64,000 nucleotides of DNA, taken from the sequence record NC_054911.1; one strand, 5' to 3'. Position numbers and translations under genes: made by a program. Shown here piece by piece: positions 27,595 through 45,133 of the stretch. Origin of the DNA: Escherichia phage ECO4. The first letter of the stretch is position 1. Each line of letters opens with the position of its first letter. The notes beneath the pieces were generated by a model, which did not search any database, was not told where the DNA came from, and saw only the letters and a list, made by a program, of their open reading frames with translations.

Positions 27595-30500
27595 CAGTAA
27601 AAGCACCTTCAGTCACTAGTCTCAGAATTTCCAAGTTATCCGCAAATCAGGTGCAAGTACGCTGGGATGACGTTGGTGCTAATTTCTACTATTTTGTAGA
27701 AATCGCTGAGACAAAAACAAACTCGGGAGAAAATCTCCCGAGTAATCAATATCGTTGGATTAATTTAGGATATACAGCAAATAATAGTTTCTTTTTTGAT
27801 GATGCTGATCCACTGACATCATATGTTATTAGAGTAGCTACAGCTGCGCAAGATTTTGAGCAGTCTGATTGGATTTATACCGAAGAGTTTGAAACTTTTG
27901 CTACGAATGCTTACACATTTCAAAATATGATTGAAATGCAATTAGCTAATAAATTCATTCAGGAAAAGTTCACTCTTAATAATTCTAATTATGTCAATTT
28001 CAATAATGACACAATAATGGCTGCGTTGATGAATGAATCATTTCAGTTCAGCCCATCGTATGCTGATGTTTCATCAATAAGTAATTTTATTATTGGTGAA
28101 AATGAGTATCATGAAATACAAGGTTCTATTCAACAAGTATGTAAGGATATTAACCGAGTTTATTTGATGGAATCAGAAGGGATTCTATATCTTTTTGAGC
28201 GTTATCAACCTGTAGTTAAAGTATCTAATGATAAAGGACAAACCTGGAAAGCTGTGAAGCTCTTCAATGACCGTGTAGGATATCCTTTATCTAAGACAGT
28301 ATATTACCAATCTGCGAACACAACATACGTTCTAGGATACGACAAGATTTTCTACGGCCGTAAATCAACTGATGTTAGATGGTCAGCTGATGATGTCAGA
28401 TTTAGTTCACATGATATAACATTTGCTAAACTTGGCGACCAATTACATCTAGGATTTGATGTAGAAATTTTTGCCACTTACGCGACTTTACCAGCGAATG
28501 TATACCGCATTGCAGAAGCTATTACTTGCACCGATGATTACATTTACGTTGTCGCCAGAGACAAAGTTAGATACATAAAAACGAGTAATGCACCTATAGA
28601 TTCTGATCCATTATCTCCAACATATTCGGAAAGACTTTTTGAACCTGATACCATGACTATAACCGGAAATCCTAAAGCAGTATGCTATAAAATGGATTCT
28701 ATCGGTGATAAAGTTTTTGCTCTTATTATTGGTGAAGTTGAAACATTAAATGCTAATCCTAGAACATCAAAAATAATTGATTCCGCTGATAAAGGAATAT
28801 ATGTTTTAAATCATGGCACGAAAACATGGAAAAGAGTTTTTGGCAACACTGAAGAAGAAAGAAGACGTATTCAACCTGGATATGCGAATATGTCAACTGA
28901 TGGTAAATTAGTTTCTCTATCTTCGAGTAATTTTAAATTTTTAAGTGATAATATTGTTAATGACCCTGAAACTGTGGTGAAGTATCAGTTAATCGGTGCT
29001 GTTAAATATGAATTTCCTCGTGAATGGCTAGCTGATAAGCATTATCATATGATGGCATTTATAGCAGATGAAAAATCTGATTGGGAAACTTTTACACCTC
29101 AGCCAATGAAATACTACGCAGAGCCGTTCTTTAACTGGTCTAAAAAATCTAACACACGCTGTTGGATAAACAACTCTGATAGAGCTGTAGTAGTTTATGC
29201 TGATTTAAAATACACTAAAGTTATAGAAAATATTCCGGAAACATCACCAGATAGATTAGTTCATGAATACTGGGATGATGGTGATTGTACGATAGTAATG
29301 CCAAATGTTAAATTCACTGGATTTAAAAAATATGCGTCTGGGATGCTTTTCTATAAATCCTCCGGTGAAATAATTTCTTACTATGATTTTAACTATCGAG
29401 TGAGAGACACGGTTGAAATAATTTGGAAGCCAACTGGAATATTTTTAAAAGCATTTTTACAAAACCAAGAGCATGAGACTCCTTGGTCACCAGAAGAAGA
29501 GCATGGATTAGCTGATCCCGATTTAAGACCATTGATTGGCACAATGATGCCTGATTCTTATTTGCTACAGGATTCGAATTTTGAGGCATTTTGCGAAGCA
29601 TATATTCAGTATCTTTCTGATGGATATGGAACTCAGTATAATAATTTACGAAATTTAATTCGTAACCAATATCCGCGAGAAGAGCACGCGTGGGAATATT
29701 TGTGGTCAGAGATATATAAAAGAAACATTTATTTAAATGCTGATAAACGTGATGCTGTTGCAAGATTTTTTGAATCACGTAGCTATGATTTTTATTCTAC
29801 TAAAGGAATTGAAGCATCATACAAATTTCTTTTTAAAGTTCTTTATAATGAAGAAGTTGAAATTGAAATTGAATCTGGGGCTGGTACTGAATATGATATA
29901 ATCGTTCAATCTGATTCTTTGACTGAAGACTTAGTAGGACAAACGATTTATACAGCTACAGGAAGATGTAATGTTACTTATATAGAAAGAAGCTATTCTA
30001 ATGGTAAATTGCAATGGACCGTAACTATTCATAATCTTTTGGGAAGATTAATTGCCGGTCAAGAAGTTAAAGCAGAAAGACTCCCTAGTTTTGAAGGCGA
30101 AATTATTCGTGGGGTTAAAGGAAAGGATTTGCTTCAAAATAATATAGACTATATTAATAGAAGTCGATCATATTATGTAATGAAAATTAAATCCAACTTA
30201 CCTTCTTCCCGCTGGAAATCTGACGTTATTCGTTTTGTTCATCCAGTAGGATTTGGATTTATAGCAATTACTCTTTTAACTATGTTTATTAATGTTGGTT
30301 TAACTCTTAAACATACAGAGACCATAATTAATAAATACAAAAACTATAAATGGGATTCTGGATTGCCTACTGAATATGCTGATAGAGTAGCTAAATTAAC
30401 TCCGACTGGTGAAATTGAGCATGATTCGGTAACAGGCGAAGCAATTTATGAGCCTGGCCCAATGGCTGGTGTAGAATATCCTCTTCCTGATGACTATAAT

Positions 30501-30689
30501 GCTGAAAATAACAATTCAATATTTCAAGGTCAATTGCCGTCTGAACGACGTAAATTAATGAGTCCTCTATTTGACGCATCTGGAACAACATTTGCGCAAT
30601 TTAGAGATTTAGTTAATAAACGTCTAAAAGATAATATAGGAAATCCAAGAGACCCTGAAAATCCAACACAGGTTAAAATAGATGAATGA
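27591..30689 (+). CDS. 7: gp7 baseplate wedge initiator
   Basis: 1032 aa; position. Confidence 0.9.
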   Translation: MTVKAPSVTSLRISKLSANQVQVRWDDVGANFYYFVEIAETKTNSGENLPSNQYRWINLGYTANNSFFFDDADPLTSYVIRVATAAQDFEQSDWIYTEEFETFATNAYTFQNMIEMQLANKFIQEKFTLNNSNYVNFNNDTIMAALMNESFQFSPSYADVSSISNFIIGENEYHEIQGSIQQVCKDINRVYLMESEGILYLFERYQPVVKVSNDKGQTWKAVKLFNDRVGYPLSKTVYYQSANTTYVLGYDKIFYGRKSTDVRWSADDVRFSSHDITFAKLGDQLHLGFDVEIFATYATLPANVYRIAEAITCTDDYIYVVARDKVRYIKTSNAPIDSDPLSPTYSERLFEPDTMTITGNPKAVCYKMDSIGDKVFALIIGEVETLNANPRTSKIIDSADKGIYVLNHGTKTWKRVFGNTEEERRRIQPGYANMSTDGKLVSLSSSNFKFLSDNIVNDPETVVKYQLIGAVKYEFPREWLADKHYHMMAFIADEKSDWETFTPQPMKYYAEPFFNWSKKSNTRCWINNSDRAVVVYADLKYTKVIENIPETSPDRLVHEYWDDGDCTIVMPNVKFTGFKKYASGMLFYKSSGEIISYYDFNYRVRDTVEIIWKPTGIFLKAFLQNQEHETPWSPEEEHGLADPDLRPLIGTMMPDSYLLQDSNFEAFCEAYIQYLSDGYGTQYNNLRNLIRNQYPREEHAWEYLWSEIYKRNIYLNADKRDAVARFFESRSYDFYSTKGIEASYKFLFKVLYNEEVEIEIESGAGTEYDIIVQSDSLTEDLVGQTIYTATGRCNVTYIERSYSNGKLQWTVTIHNLLGRLIAGQEVKAERLPSFEGEIIRGVKGKDLLQNNIDYINRSRSYYVMKIKSNLPSSRWKSDVIRFVHPVGFGFIAITLLTMFINVGLTLKHTETIINKYKNYKWDSGLPTEYADRVAKLTPTGEIEHDSVTGEAIYEPGPMAGVEYPLPDDYNAENNNSIFQGQLPSERRKLMSPLFDASGTTFAQFRDLVNKRLKDNIGNPRDPENPTQVKIDE

Positions 30690-31686
30690 TTCAAGTGTTA
30701 TCTATCGTGCGATAGTTACTTCAAAATTTAGAACAGAAAAAATGTTGAATTTTTATAATTCAATTGGAAGTGGTCCGGATAAAAACACTATCTTTATCAC
30801 ATTTGGAAGATCAGAACCGTGGTCATCAAATGAAAATGAGGTGGGCTTTGCTCCACCTTATCCAACTGATTCTGTATTAGGCGTAACTGACATGTGGACG
30901 CATATGATGGGAACCGTAAAGGTTCTTCCATCTATGCTTGATGCAGTTATTCCTCGTAGAGATTGGGGAGATACTAGATATCCGGATCCATATACATTTA
31001 GAATTAACGATATTGTAGTATGTAACTCAGCTCCTTACAATGCTACCGAATCAGGCGCAGGCTGGTTAGTATATCGCTGTTTAGATGTTCCTGACACAGG
31101 AATGTGTTCAATTGAGTCTTTAACTAATAAGGATGAATGCCTTAAGTTAGGTGGAAAATGGACTCCTTCTGCTAGGTCAATGACTCCTCCTGAAGGTCGA
31201 GGAGACGCGGAAGGAACAATCGAACCTGGAGACGGGTATGTATGGGAATATCTTTTTGAGATTCCGCCTGATGTATCTATAAATAGATGTACGAATGAAT
31301 ATATCGTGGTTCCTTGGCCCGAGGAATTAAAAGAAGACCCGACTAGATGGGGGTATGAAGATAACCTCACTTGGCAGCAAGATGATTTTGGGTTAATTTA
31401 TCGTGTTAAAGCTAATACAATTCGTTTTAAAGCATATTTAGATTCAGTTTATTTTCCTGAAGCTGCATTGCCGGGAAATAAAGGATTTAGACAAATATCG
31501 ATAATTACAAATCCTCTTGAAGCTAAAGTTCATCCAAATGATCCAAACGTTAAAGCTGAAAAGGATTATTATGATCCTGAAGATTTAATGAGGCATTCGG
31601 GTGAAATGATTTATATGGAAAATAGGCCACCTATTATTATGGCAATGGATCAGACAGAAGAAATCAATATTCTGTTTACATTTTAA
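30682..31686 (+). CDS. 8: gp8 baseplate wedge protein
   Basis: 334 aa; position. Confidence 0.9.
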   Translation: MNDSSVIYRAIVTSKFRTEKMLNFYNSIGSGPDKNTIFITFGRSEPWSSNENEVGFAPPYPTDSVLGVTDMWTHMMGTVKVLPSMLDAVIPRRDWGDTRYPDPYTFRINDIVVCNSAPYNATESGAGWLVYRCLDVPDTGMCSIESLTNKDECLKLGGKWTPSARSMTPPEGRGDAEGTIEPGDGYVWEYLFEIPPDVSINRCTNEYIVVPWPEELKEDPTRWGYEDNLTWQQDDFGLIYRVKANTIRFKAYLDSVYFPEAALPGNKGFRQISIITNPLEAKVHPNDPNVKAEKDYYDPEDLMRHSGEMIYMENRPPIIMAMDQTEEINILFTF

Positions 31687-31691
31687 ATTAA

Positions 31692-31709
31692 GGGAGCCCA
31701 TGGGCTCCC
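31692..31709 (+). terminator. intrinsic terminator: perfect palindrome GGGAGCCCATGGGCTCCC followed by TTTTT
   Basis: Read directly after the gene 8 stop. Confidence 0.65.
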
Positions 31710-31717
31710 TTTTTCTT

Positions 31718-31725
31718 TATAAATA
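31718..31725 (+). promoter_or_regulatory. T4-type late promoter TATAAATA (gene 9)
   Basis: Exact TATAAATA 25 nt before the ATG. Confidence 0.6.
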
Positions 31726-31749
31726 CTATAAACTCATAAGGAAACCGCT

Positions 31750-32616
31750 ATGTTCATTCAAGAACCAAAGAAATTGATTGATACCGGCGAAATTGGTAAC
31801 GCTTCTACTGGTGATATCTTATTCGACGGTGGTAATAAAATTAATAGTGATTTTAACGCAATTTATAATGCGTTTGGCGATCAACGTAAAATGGCAGTAG
31901 CAAATGGCACTGGAGCTGATGGTCAAATTATCCATGCTACTGGATATTATCAAAAACACTCTATCGCGGAGTACGCAACTCCAGTAAAAGTTGGCACTAG
32001 ACATGATATTGATACTTCTACCGTAGGTGTTAAAGTTATCATTGAAAGAGGCGAACTTGGCGACTGCGTTGAATTTATTAACTCGAATGGATCAATATCA
32101 GTTACTAATCCTTTAACGATTCAAGCTATTGATTCAATTAAAGGCGTTTCAGGTAATTTAGTAGTAACTAGTCCATATAGTAAAGTTACTTTACGTTGTA
32201 TTTCATCTGATAATTCTACGTCGGTTTGGAATTATTCTATTGAAAGTATGTTTGGGCAAAAGGAATCACCAGCTGAAGGTACATGGAATATTTCTACATC
32301 TGGATCAGTTGACATTCCACTATTTCATCGTACTGAATATAACATGGCTAAATTGTTAGTTACATGCCAATCAGTAGATGGAAGAAAAATTAAAACAGCA
32401 GAAATAAATATTCTTGTAGATACTGTTAATTCAACGGTCATTTCTTCTGAATATGCTGTCATGCGGGTTGGGAATGAAACTGAAGAAGACGAAATCGCTA
32501 ATATTGCATTTAGTATTAAAGAAAATTATGTAACGGCGACTATAAGTTCTTCAACTGTCGGTATGAGAGCAGCAGTTAAAGTTATCGCTACGCAGAAAAT
32601 CGGGGTGGCTCAATAA
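31750..32616 (+). CDS. 9: gp9 baseplate wedge / long tail fibre socket
   Basis: 288 aa; position. Confidence 0.9.
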   Translation: MFIQEPKKLIDTGEIGNASTGDILFDGGNKINSDFNAIYNAFGDQRKMAVANGTGADGQIIHATGYYQKHSIAEYATPVKVGTRHDIDTSTVGVKVIIERGELGDCVEFINSNGSISVTNPLTIQAIDSIKGVSGNLVVTSPYSKVTLRCISSDNSTSVWNYSIESMFGQKESPAEGTWNISTSGSVDIPLFHRTEYNMAKLLVTCQSVDGRKIKTAEINILVDTVNSTVISSEYAVMRVGNETEEDEIANIAFSIKENYVTATISSSTVGMRAAVKVIATQKIGVAQ

Positions 32617-34421
32617 TGAAACAAAATATTAATATCGGTAATGTTGTTGATGATGGTACCGGTGACTACCTGCGTAAAGGTGGTATAAAAATAAATGAAA
32701 ACTTTGATGAACTTTATTATGAACTTGGTGATGGAGATGTTCCATATTCAGCCGGTGCCTGGAAAACTTATAATGCTTCATCTGGACAAACACTAACGGC
32801 AGAATGGGGAAAATCATATGCCATTAACACTTCATCTGGAAGAGTAACTCTACAACTTCCTAAAGGAACCGTTAATGATTATAATAAAGTAATTAAAGCT
32901 AGGGATGTATTTGCAACATGGAATGTTAATCCAGTTACTCTAGTAGCCGCTTCTGGTGATACAATTAAAGGGTCGTCATCGTCAGTTGAAATTAATATTC
33001 AATTTAGTGATTTAGAGCTCGTTTATTGCGCTCCAGGACGCTGGGAGTATGTCAAAAATAAGCAAATTGATAAAATTATCAGTTCAGACATTAGTAATGT
33101 AGCTCGTAAAGAATTTTTAGTCGAAGTTCAAGGGCAAACAGACTTTTTAGATGTTTTTAATGGAACTAGTTATAATGTCAATAACATCAGAGTAAAACAT
33201 CGTGGTAACGAATTGTATTACGGCGATGTATTTAGCGAAAACAGTGACTTTGGCTCTCCGGGCGAAAATGAAGGCGAATTAGTTCCTCTTGATGGATTTA
33301 ATATTCGATTAAGACAGCCTTGTAATATTGGTGACACTGTTCAAATTGAAACATTTATGGATGGTGTATCACAATGGAGAAGTTCATATACAAGACGCCA
33401 AATAAAAGTACTGGATTCAAAACTAACATCAAAGACTTCTTTAGAAGGAAGCATTTATGTTACTGATTTATCGGCGATGAAATCAATTCCATTCTCCGCA
33501 TTTGGATTAATTCCAGGAGAACCTATTAATCCTAATTCTCTTGAAGTTCGTTTTAATGGAATTTTACAACAACAAGCTGGAACAGCCGGATATCCTCTGT
33601 TTTTATGTGAAGGCGCTAATTCAGATACGCAAGAAGGATGTATATCTCTTGGTGGCGAATGGAAAGAATCAAACACCGATTATTCTATAGAATATGAAGA
33701 CGGAAAACCTATCAGTCTTTTATTTGATAGAAAATTTGAATCCGGTGACATTATCGTTATAACATGGTTCAATAATGATTTAGGAACTCTTTTAGAAAAA
33801 GATGACATTATTGAATTAACTGATGACCGTTATGTTAGTAAAGGATCATCTACTGAAGTTACTGGTGATGTAGCCTTAACAGATTTTGATAAAATCGGTT
33901 GGCCAAATGTTGAAAAAGTTGATTCTTATACTAGAACGTATAATTCAATATCATCTATTTTCGACAGCATTTATCCTGTTGGTTCAATTTATGAAAATGC
34001 TATAAACCCAAATAATCCGGTGACTTATATGGGATTTGGTTCATGGAAATTATTTGGTAAAGGACAAGTTTTAGTAGGATGGAATGATGATGTTACAGAT
34101 CCAAACTTTGCATTAAACAATAATGATTTAGATTCTAGCGGAAATCCTTCACATACCGCCGGTGGAACAGTTGGTACAACATCAGTAACGCTTGAAAACG
34201 CAAATCTTCCTGCAACTAAAACCGACGAAAGAGTTTTAATTGAAGACGAAAATGGATCGGTTATTATTGGAGGTTGCCAATATGACCCAGATGAAACTGG
34301 TCCTATATATACAAAATACCGTGAAGATTACGCAACAACAAACTCTTCACATACTCCTCCTGCTAATATTAGTAATATTCAACCGTCTATTACTGTATAC
34401 CGTTGGATAAGGATTGCATAA
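32616..34421 (+). CDS. 10: gp10 baseplate wedge / short tail fibre attachment
   Basis: 601 aa; position. Confidence 0.9.
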   Translation: MKQNINIGNVVDDGTGDYLRKGGIKINENFDELYYELGDGDVPYSAGAWKTYNASSGQTLTAEWGKSYAINTSSGRVTLQLPKGTVNDYNKVIKARDVFATWNVNPVTLVAASGDTIKGSSSSVEINIQFSDLELVYCAPGRWEYVKNKQIDKIISSDISNVARKEFLVEVQGQTDFLDVFNGTSYNVNNIRVKHRGNELYYGDVFSENSDFGSPGENEGELVPLDGFNIRLRQPCNIGDTVQIETFMDGVSQWRSSYTRRQIKVLDSKLTSKTSLEGSIYVTDLSAMKSIPFSAFGLIPGEPINPNSLEVRFNGILQQQAGTAGYPLFLCEGANSDTQEGCISLGGEWKESNTDYSIEYEDGKPISLLFDRKFESGDIIVITWFNNDLGTLLEKDDIIELTDDRYVSKGSSTEVTGDVALTDFDKIGWPNVEKVDSYTRTYNSISSIFDSIYPVGSIYENAINPNNPVTYMGFGSWKLFGKGQVLVGWNDDVTDPNFALNNNDLDSSGNPSHTAGGTVGTTSVTLENANLPATKTDERVLIEDENGSVIIGGCQYDPDETGPIYTKYREDYATTNSSHTPPANISNIQPSITVYRWIRIA

Positions 34422-35080
34422 TGAGTTTACTTAATAATAAAGCGGGAGTTATTTCCCGCTTAGCAGATTTTCTTGGTTTTAGAACTAAGAAAAATGATAT
34501 TTCGGTTATGAATAATCAGCCAGTAGGTGCTGTAACAATTTCACAAATAGCAAAAGGTTTTTATGACCCAAATGTAGAATCTGCTATTAATGATGTTAGA
34601 AATATGGCAGAGCAACAGGTTGGAGCTGTATTAGTTAATATAAGCGGCGTATCTCCTACTGGAGTGCAACAAACAGACTACTGGTCATTTGAAGGAACTG
34701 TCAATGATACTTCAGCCAAACCGGGTGACACAGTTATTGTTAACATGTTTGGTATTCCAGTTAAAGCTACTAATGGAATGACTTCAATCGAATTTACCAG
34801 TGCCGTTAGAACAGCTCTACAGGAAATGGTTGCAAAATTTATTGCAATTGATTCATTTGAAGACCATCCTACCATAGGAAATAAAATACAAGTTAAGTAT
34901 TTAGATAACCAAGAACATATCTTAGAACAATACTCTGATAAAGGAATTACTTTCAAACAAGAAATAATTTCTCCTTCTAAACCTGGATACGGAACTTGGC
35001 AATTATTAGGTGCGCAAACTGTCACGCTAGATAGTCACACACAACCTACGGTATTTTATTATTTTGAGAGAATAGCATGA
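34421..35080 (+). CDS. 11: gp11 baseplate wedge / short tail fibre connector
   Basis: 219 aa from the ATG overlapping the gene 10 stop ([10 protein letters not shown]...). Confidence 0.85.
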   Translation: MSLLNNKAGVISRLADFLGFRTKKNDISVMNNQPVGAVTISQIAKGFYDPNVESAINDVRNMAEQQVGAVLVNISGVSPTGVQQTDYWSFEGTVNDTSAKPGDTVIVNMFGIPVKATNGMTSIEFTSAVRTALQEMVAKFIAIDSFEDHPTIGNKIQVKYLDNQEHILEQYSDKGITFKQEIISPSKPGYGTWQLLGAQTVTLDSHTQPTVFYYFERIA

Positions 35081-36627
35081 GTAACAATACATATCAGCAC
35101 GTATCAAATGAATCAAAATATGTTAAATTCGATCCTACCGGATCGAATTTTCCTGACACTGTCACGACAGTGCAGTCTGCATTATCAAAAATAAGTAATA
35201 TCGGCGTAAATGGTATTCCTGATGCAACTATGGAAGTTAAAGGAATAGCAATGATTGCGTCAGAGCAAGAGGTTTTAGATGGAACTAATAATTCTAAAAT
35301 CGTTACACCCGCTACATTAGCAACAAGATTATTGTATCCAAATGCTACTGAAACTAAGTATGGTTTAACGCGCTATTCAACAAATGAAGAAACATTAGAA
35401 GGCTCAGATAATAATTCATCAATAACGCCGCAAAAACTGAAATACCATACTGACGATGTGTTCCAAAATAGATATTCGTCTGAGTCATCAAACGGGGTTA
35501 TTAAAATATCATCTACACCTGCAGCTTTAGCTGGAGTTGATGATACTACGGCAATGACTCCATTAAAAACGCAAAAACTTGCAATAAAATTAATTTCACA
35601 AATAGCTCCTTCCGAAGATACTGCATCAGAATCTGTGAGAGGTGTAGTTCAATTATCTACTGTTGCGCAAACTCGTCAAGGAACTCTCCGCGAAGGATAT
35701 GCAATTTCTCCGTATACCTTTATGAATTCTGTTGCAACACAAGAATATAAGGGTGTTATACGTTTAGGAACACAATCGGAAATTAACAGTAATTTGGGAG
35801 ATGTTGCTGTAACAGGTGAAACATTAAATGGTCGAGGAGCTACCGGTTCTATGCGTGGGGTAGTAAAATTAACGACGCAAGCCGGTATTGCCCCTGAAGG
35901 TGATAGCTCTGGAGCATTAGCATGGAACGCAGATGTAATTAATACTCGCGGTGGACAAACTATTAATGGTTCTTTAAATTTAGATCATTTAACAGCAAAT
36001 GGAATTTGGTCACGCGGCGGAATGTGGAAAAATGGCGATCAACCTGTTGCCACTGAAAGATATGCGTCCGAAAGGGTTCCAGTTGGAACTATTATGATGT
36101 TTGCTGGAGATTCAGCTCCTCCTGGTTGGATTATGTGCCATGGTGGAACTGTGTCAGGAGATCAATATCCTGATTATAGAAACACAGTTGGAACGAGATT
36201 TGGTGGCGATTGGAATAATCCTGGCATTCCTGATATGCGAGGTCTTTTCGTCAGAGGAGCTGGTACTGGTGGTCATATTTTAAATCAACGAGGGCAAGAT
36301 GGTTACGGGAAGGATAGACTTGGTGTAGGATGTGACGGAATGCATGTTGGCGGGGTTCAAGCACAACAGATGTCATACCATAAACATGCTGGCGGTTGGG
36401 GAGAATACCAAAGACATGAAGCTCCATTTGGCGCGTCCGTTTATCAAGGATATCTTGGAACTAGAAAATATGCCGACTGGGATAATGCTTCATACTTCAC
36501 TAATGATGGATTTGAATTAGGTGGACCGAGAGATGCCCTTGGTACACTTAATCGTGAAGGATTAATTGGTTATGAAACTAGACCATGGAATATATCATTA
36601 AACTATATTATTAAAATTCATTACTAA
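35077..36627 (+). CDS. 12: gp12 short tail fibre
   Basis: 516 aa; position. Confidence 0.9.
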   Translation: MSNNTYQHVSNESKYVKFDPTGSNFPDTVTTVQSALSKISNIGVNGIPDATMEVKGIAMIASEQEVLDGTNNSKIVTPATLATRLLYPNATETKYGLTRYSTNEETLEGSDNNSSITPQKLKYHTDDVFQNRYSSESSNGVIKISSTPAALAGVDDTTAMTPLKTQKLAIKLISQIAPSEDTASESVRGVVQLSTVAQTRQGTLREGYAISPYTFMNSVATQEYKGVIRLGTQSEINSNLGDVAVTGETLNGRGATGSMRGVVKLTTQAGIAPEGDSSGALAWNADVINTRGGQTINGSLNLDHLTANGIWSRGGMWKNGDQPVATERYASERVPVGTIMMFAGDSAPPGWIMCHGGTVSGDQYPDYRNTVGTRFGGDWNNPGIPDMRGLFVRGAGTGGHILNQRGQDGYGKDRLGVGCDGMHVGGVQAQQMSYHKHAGGWGEYQRHEAPFGASVYQGYLGTRKYADWDNASYFTNDGFELGGPRDALGTLNREGLIGYETRPWNISLNYIIKIHY

Positions 36628-36636
36628 GGATTACAA

Positions 36637-38094
36637 ATGATTGAATTAAAAGATTTACCTTTTGTTGATAGCGTTCCTGGCGAAGGTCAGGAACGTATTT
36701 CATGGATTAAAAATGGTGAAGAAATACTAGGAGCTAGTACTAAGTATGGAAACGATGGATCAATGAATAGACCAACTGTGTCCGTATTTAAAAATGTTGA
36801 GGTTCTTGATGAAAATATAGGAATTCTTAAAACTGCCGTTGAAACATCACAGGAAGATATTAAAACAATTCAAGGCATTTTGGATGTATCTGGAGATATC
36901 GAAGCACTATCACAGATTAGCGTTAATAAAAATGACATATCAAATTTAAAGACGCTTACGAATGAACACACTGATATATTAAATGGTACAAATACTACGG
37001 TTGATAATATTCTTTCTGATATTGGTCCATTTAATTCGCAAGCAAATTCAGTTTATAGAACGATTAGAAATGATTTGTTATGGATTAAAAGGGAATTAGG
37101 ACAATATGCTGGGCAAGATATTAATGGTCTTCCTGTTGTAGGAAATAGCAGCACGGGGATGAAGCACCGTATCATTAATAATACAGATGCTATAACTTCC
37201 CAAGGAATACGTCTAAGTGATTTGGAAGAAAAATTTATTGAATCTGATGTAGGTTCACTGACAATTGAAGTCGGAAATCTTAGACAAGAACTTGGACAAA
37301 GACCATCTTCATTTAGTGAAAGCATATATTCACGTGTGCATAATTTAGATCAATCACAGATTAATCTTAGTTCCGAAATTAAATCTATCAAAACTTCTAT
37401 TGGATATCCAGGAAATACTTCAATAATCACAGATGTCAATGTCAACAGTCAAGAAATTTCAGCTTTAAATGATGAACTAAATAAAAGTGGCGGCGTTAAA
37501 CAGCGATTAACTGTTATTGAAACATCGATTGGTTCAGATGATATTCCTTCTAGTATTAAAGGTCAAATTAAAGATAATACCACTTCTATTGAATCTTTAA
37601 ATGGAATTGTAGGTGAAAACACCTCGTCCGGTTTAAGAGCTAACGTTTCATGGCTAAATCAGATAGTTGGAACTGATTCTAGCGGAGGTCAACCTTCTCC
37701 TCCGGGGTCTCTTTTAAATAGAGTTTCAACTGTTGAAACCTCTGTTAATAGACTTAACAATGATGTTCAAAACTTACAGGTTGAAATTGGTAATAACAAT
37801 TCCGGAATTAAAGGGCAAGTTGTAACACTAAATAAATTAGTAAATGGAACAAATCCGAATGGTTCAACTGTCGAAGAACGCGGATTGACTAATTCAATAA
37901 AAGCTAATGAGACTAACATTTCTTCAATTAATCAAGAGATTCGTAGTATTAAAGGTAATGTGTCCTCATTGCAGAGGGATGTCCAGACTTTACAAGAAGC
38001 TGGTTATATTCCTGAAGCTCCAAAAGATGGTCAAGCTTACGTTCGTAAAGACGGCGAATGGGTATTGCTTTCTACCTTTTTATCACCAGCATAA
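36637..38094 (+). CDS. wac: fibritin (whisker, neck coiled-coil protein)
   Basis: 485 aa; long heptad-repeat coiled coil; C-terminal foldon-like [27 protein letters not shown]. Confidence 0.9.
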   Translation: MIELKDLPFVDSVPGEGQERISWIKNGEEILGASTKYGNDGSMNRPTVSVFKNVEVLDENIGILKTAVETSQEDIKTIQGILDVSGDIEALSQISVNKNDISNLKTLTNEHTDILNGTNTTVDNILSDIGPFNSQANSVYRTIRNDLLWIKRELGQYAGQDINGLPVVGNSSTGMKHRIINNTDAITSQGIRLSDLEEKFIESDVGSLTIEVGNLRQELGQRPSSFSESIYSRVHNLDQSQINLSSEIKSIKTSIGYPGNTSIITDVNVNSQEISALNDELNKSGGVKQRLTVIETSIGSDDIPSSIKGQIKDNTTSIESLNGIVGENTSSGLRANVSWLNQIVGTDSSGGQPSPPGSLLNRVSTVETSVNRLNNDVQNLQVEIGNNNSGIKGQVVTLNKLVNGTNPNGSTVEERGLTNSIKANETNISSINQEIRSIKGNVSSLQRDVQTLQEAGYIPEAPKDGQAYVRKDGEWVLLSTFLSPA

Positions 38095-38098
38095 CATG

Positions 38099-38112
38099 GG
38101 GCCGCAAGGCCC
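38099..38112 (+). terminator. GC stem-loop with GCAA tetraloop (GGGCC-GCAA-GGCCC)
   Basis: Read directly between wac and gene 13; no clear T-run. Confidence 0.4.
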
Positions 38113-38125
38113 TAAAGGATTTTAA

Positions 38126-39827
<1,702 letters not shown>

Positions 39828-39868
39828 TAAATATTATAAACTAATTAAAGCCCAGATTAGGAGAAATC

Positions 39869-43009
<3,141 letters not shown>

Positions 43010-43037
43010 TATTAAAGCATATTAAAGAGGATTAAAA

Positions 43038-45017
43038 ATGACTTTATTATCTCCGGGCATTGAGCTCAAAGAAACTACGGTTCAAAGCACCGTGGTTAAT
43101 AACTCTACTGGTACAGCAGCTTTGGCCGGTAAATTCCAGTGGGGTCCTGCTTTTCAGATCAAACAGGTTACAAATGAAGTAGATTTAGTTAATACTTTTG
43201 GTCAACCTACAGCTGAAACTGCTGACTATTTTATGTCTGCAATGAATTTCTTGCAGTACGGAAATGACTTACGAGTAGTTCGTGCTGTTGATAGAGATAC
43301 CGCTAAAAACTCATCTCCGATTGCTGGTAATATTGAATACACAATTTCTACCCCAGGTAGTAACTATGCAGTTGGAGATAAAATCACGGTCAAATATGTT
43401 TCAGATGATATTGAAACTGAAGGTAAAATTACTGAAGTAGACGCAGATGGAAAAATTAAGAAAATTAATATTCCTACTGCAAAAATTATCGCTAAAGCAA
43501 AAGAAGTTGGTGAATATCCAACACTAGGTTCTAATTGGACTGCAGAAATTTCTTCATCTTCTTCCGGTTTAGCTGCAGTAATAACTCTTGGAAAAATTAT
43601 TACTGATTCCGGTATTTTATTAGCTGAAATCGAAAGCGCTGAAACTGCTATGACAGCAGTTGATTTTCAGGCAAATCTTGAAAAATATGGAATTCCAGGA
43701 GTAGTAGCTCTCTATCCAGGCGAATTAGGCGATAAAATTGAAATTGAAATCGTATCTAAAGCTGACTATGCGAAAGGCGCTTCTGCATTACTCCCAATTT
43801 ATCCAGGTGGTGGTACTCGTGCATCTACTGCTAAAGCGGTGTTTGGATATGGACCACAAACTGATTCACAGTACGCTATTATAGTTCGTCGAAATGATGC
43901 TATTGTTCAAAGCGTTGTTCTTTCAACTAAGCGTGGTGAAAAAGATATTTACGATAGTAACATCTATATCGATGACTTTTTCGCAAAAGGTGGTTCAGAA
44001 TATATTTTTGCAACTGCACAAAACTGGCCAGAAGGCTTCTCTGGAATTTTAACTCTGTCTGGTGGATTATCATCAAATGCTGAAGTAACAGCAGGAGATT
44101 TGATGGAAGCTTGGGACTTCTTTGCTGACCGTGAATCTGTTGACGTTCAGTTGTTTATTGCGGGTTCTTGTGCCGGTGAATCTTTAGAAACAGCATCTAC
44201 TGTCCAAAAACACGTCGTTTCAATTGGTGATGCTCGCCAGGATTGCTTAGTATTGTGCTCACCACCGCGTGAAACTGTAGTTGGAATTCCTGTAACCCGT
44301 GCTGTTGATAACTTAGTCAATTGGAGAACTGCAGCAGGTTCATATACTGATAATAACTTTAATATTAGTTCAACCTACGCAGCAATTGATGGTAACTACA
44401 AATATCAGTATGACAAATATAATGATGTGAATCGTTGGGTTCCATTAGCAGCTGATATTGCTGGTTTATGCGCGAGAACCGATAACGTTTCTCAGACTTG
44501 GATGTCTCCAGCTGGTTATAATCGTGGCCAGATTCTTAACGTTATTAAACTTGCTATTGAAACTCGCCAGGCTCAGCGCGACCGTTTATACCAAGAAGCT
44601 ATCAACCCGGTAACTGGTACAGGTGGTGATGGTTACGTATTGTATGGTGATAAAACAGCTACTTCTGTTCCTTCTCCATTTGATCGTATTAACGTTCGTC
44701 GTCTGTTTAATATGTTGAAAACGAATATCGGACGTAGTTCAAAATATCGTTTGTTCGAATTAAACAATGCGTTTACTCGTTCTTCATTCCGTACAGAAAC
44801 TGCTCAGTACTTGCAAGGAATTAAAGCTCTTGGCGGAATTTATGAATATCGTGTAGTTTGCGATACAACAAATAACACTCCGTCAGTAATTGATAGAAAT
44901 GAGTTTGTTGCAACATTCTACATCCAACCGGCGCGCAGTATAAATTATATCCAGCTTAACTTCGTTGCGACTGCTACTGGTGCAGATTTCGATGAGTTAA
45001 CTGGTCTTGCTGGTTAA
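43038..45017 (+). CDS. 18: tail sheath protein
   Basis: 659 aa; position. Confidence 0.95.
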   Translation: MTLLSPGIELKETTVQSTVVNNSTGTAALAGKFQWGPAFQIKQVTNEVDLVNTFGQPTAETADYFMSAMNFLQYGNDLRVVRAVDRDTAKNSSPIAGNIEYTISTPGSNYAVGDKITVKYVSDDIETEGKITEVDADGKIKKINIPTAKIIAKAKEVGEYPTLGSNWTAEISSSSSGLAAVITLGKIITDSGILLAEIESAETAMTAVDFQANLEKYGIPGVVALYPGELGDKIEIEIVSKADYAKGASALLPIYPGGGTRASTAKAVFGYGPQTDSQYAIIVRRNDAIVQSVVLSTKRGEKDIYDSNIYIDDFFAKGGSEYIFATAQNWPEGFSGILTLSGGLSSNAEVTAGDLMEAWDFFADRESVDVQLFIAGSCAGESLETASTVQKHVVSIGDARQDCLVLCSPPRETVVGIPVTRAVDNLVNWRTAAGSYTDNNFNISSTYAAIDGNYKYQYDKYNDVNRWVPLAADIAGLCARTDNVSQTWMSPAGYNRGQILNVIKLAIETRQAQRDRLYQEAINPVTGTGGDGYVLYGDKTATSVPSPFDRINVRRLFNMLKTNIGRSSKYRLFELNNAFTRSSFRTETAQYLQGIKALGGIYEYRVVCDTTNNTPSVIDRNEFVATFYIQPARSINYIQLNFVATATGADFDELTGLAG

Positions 45018-45033
45018 TACGGTGCATTCTAAA

Positions 45034-45051
45034 GGCCTGTTTCGACAGGCC
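45034..45051 (+). terminator. stem-loop with UUCG tetraloop (GGCCTGT-TTCG-ACAGGCC) after gene 18
   Basis: Read directly. Confidence 0.5.
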
Positions 45052-45052
45052 A

Positions 45053-45060
45053 TATAAATA
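45053..45060 (+). promoter_or_regulatory. T4-type late promoter TATAAATA (gene 19, distal)
   Basis: Exact TATAAATA. Confidence 0.55.
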
Positions 45061-45111
45061 CACTATATCCTTAATTCTTTAATTCTATATGCCCTAGGTT
45101 AAACATAGGGA

Positions 45112-45119
45112 TATAAATA
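45112..45119 (+). promoter_or_regulatory. T4-type late promoter TATAAATA (gene 19, proximal)
   Basis: Exact TATAAATA 15 nt before the ATG. Confidence 0.55.
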
Positions 45120-45133
45120 CTACAGAGGCTAAT

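Noticed and set aside
29389-35025. Scattered antisense ORFs of 60-130 aa inside genes 7, 8, 9, 10 and 11
   Set aside because: All are embedded antisense in long structural genes with no independent signals.
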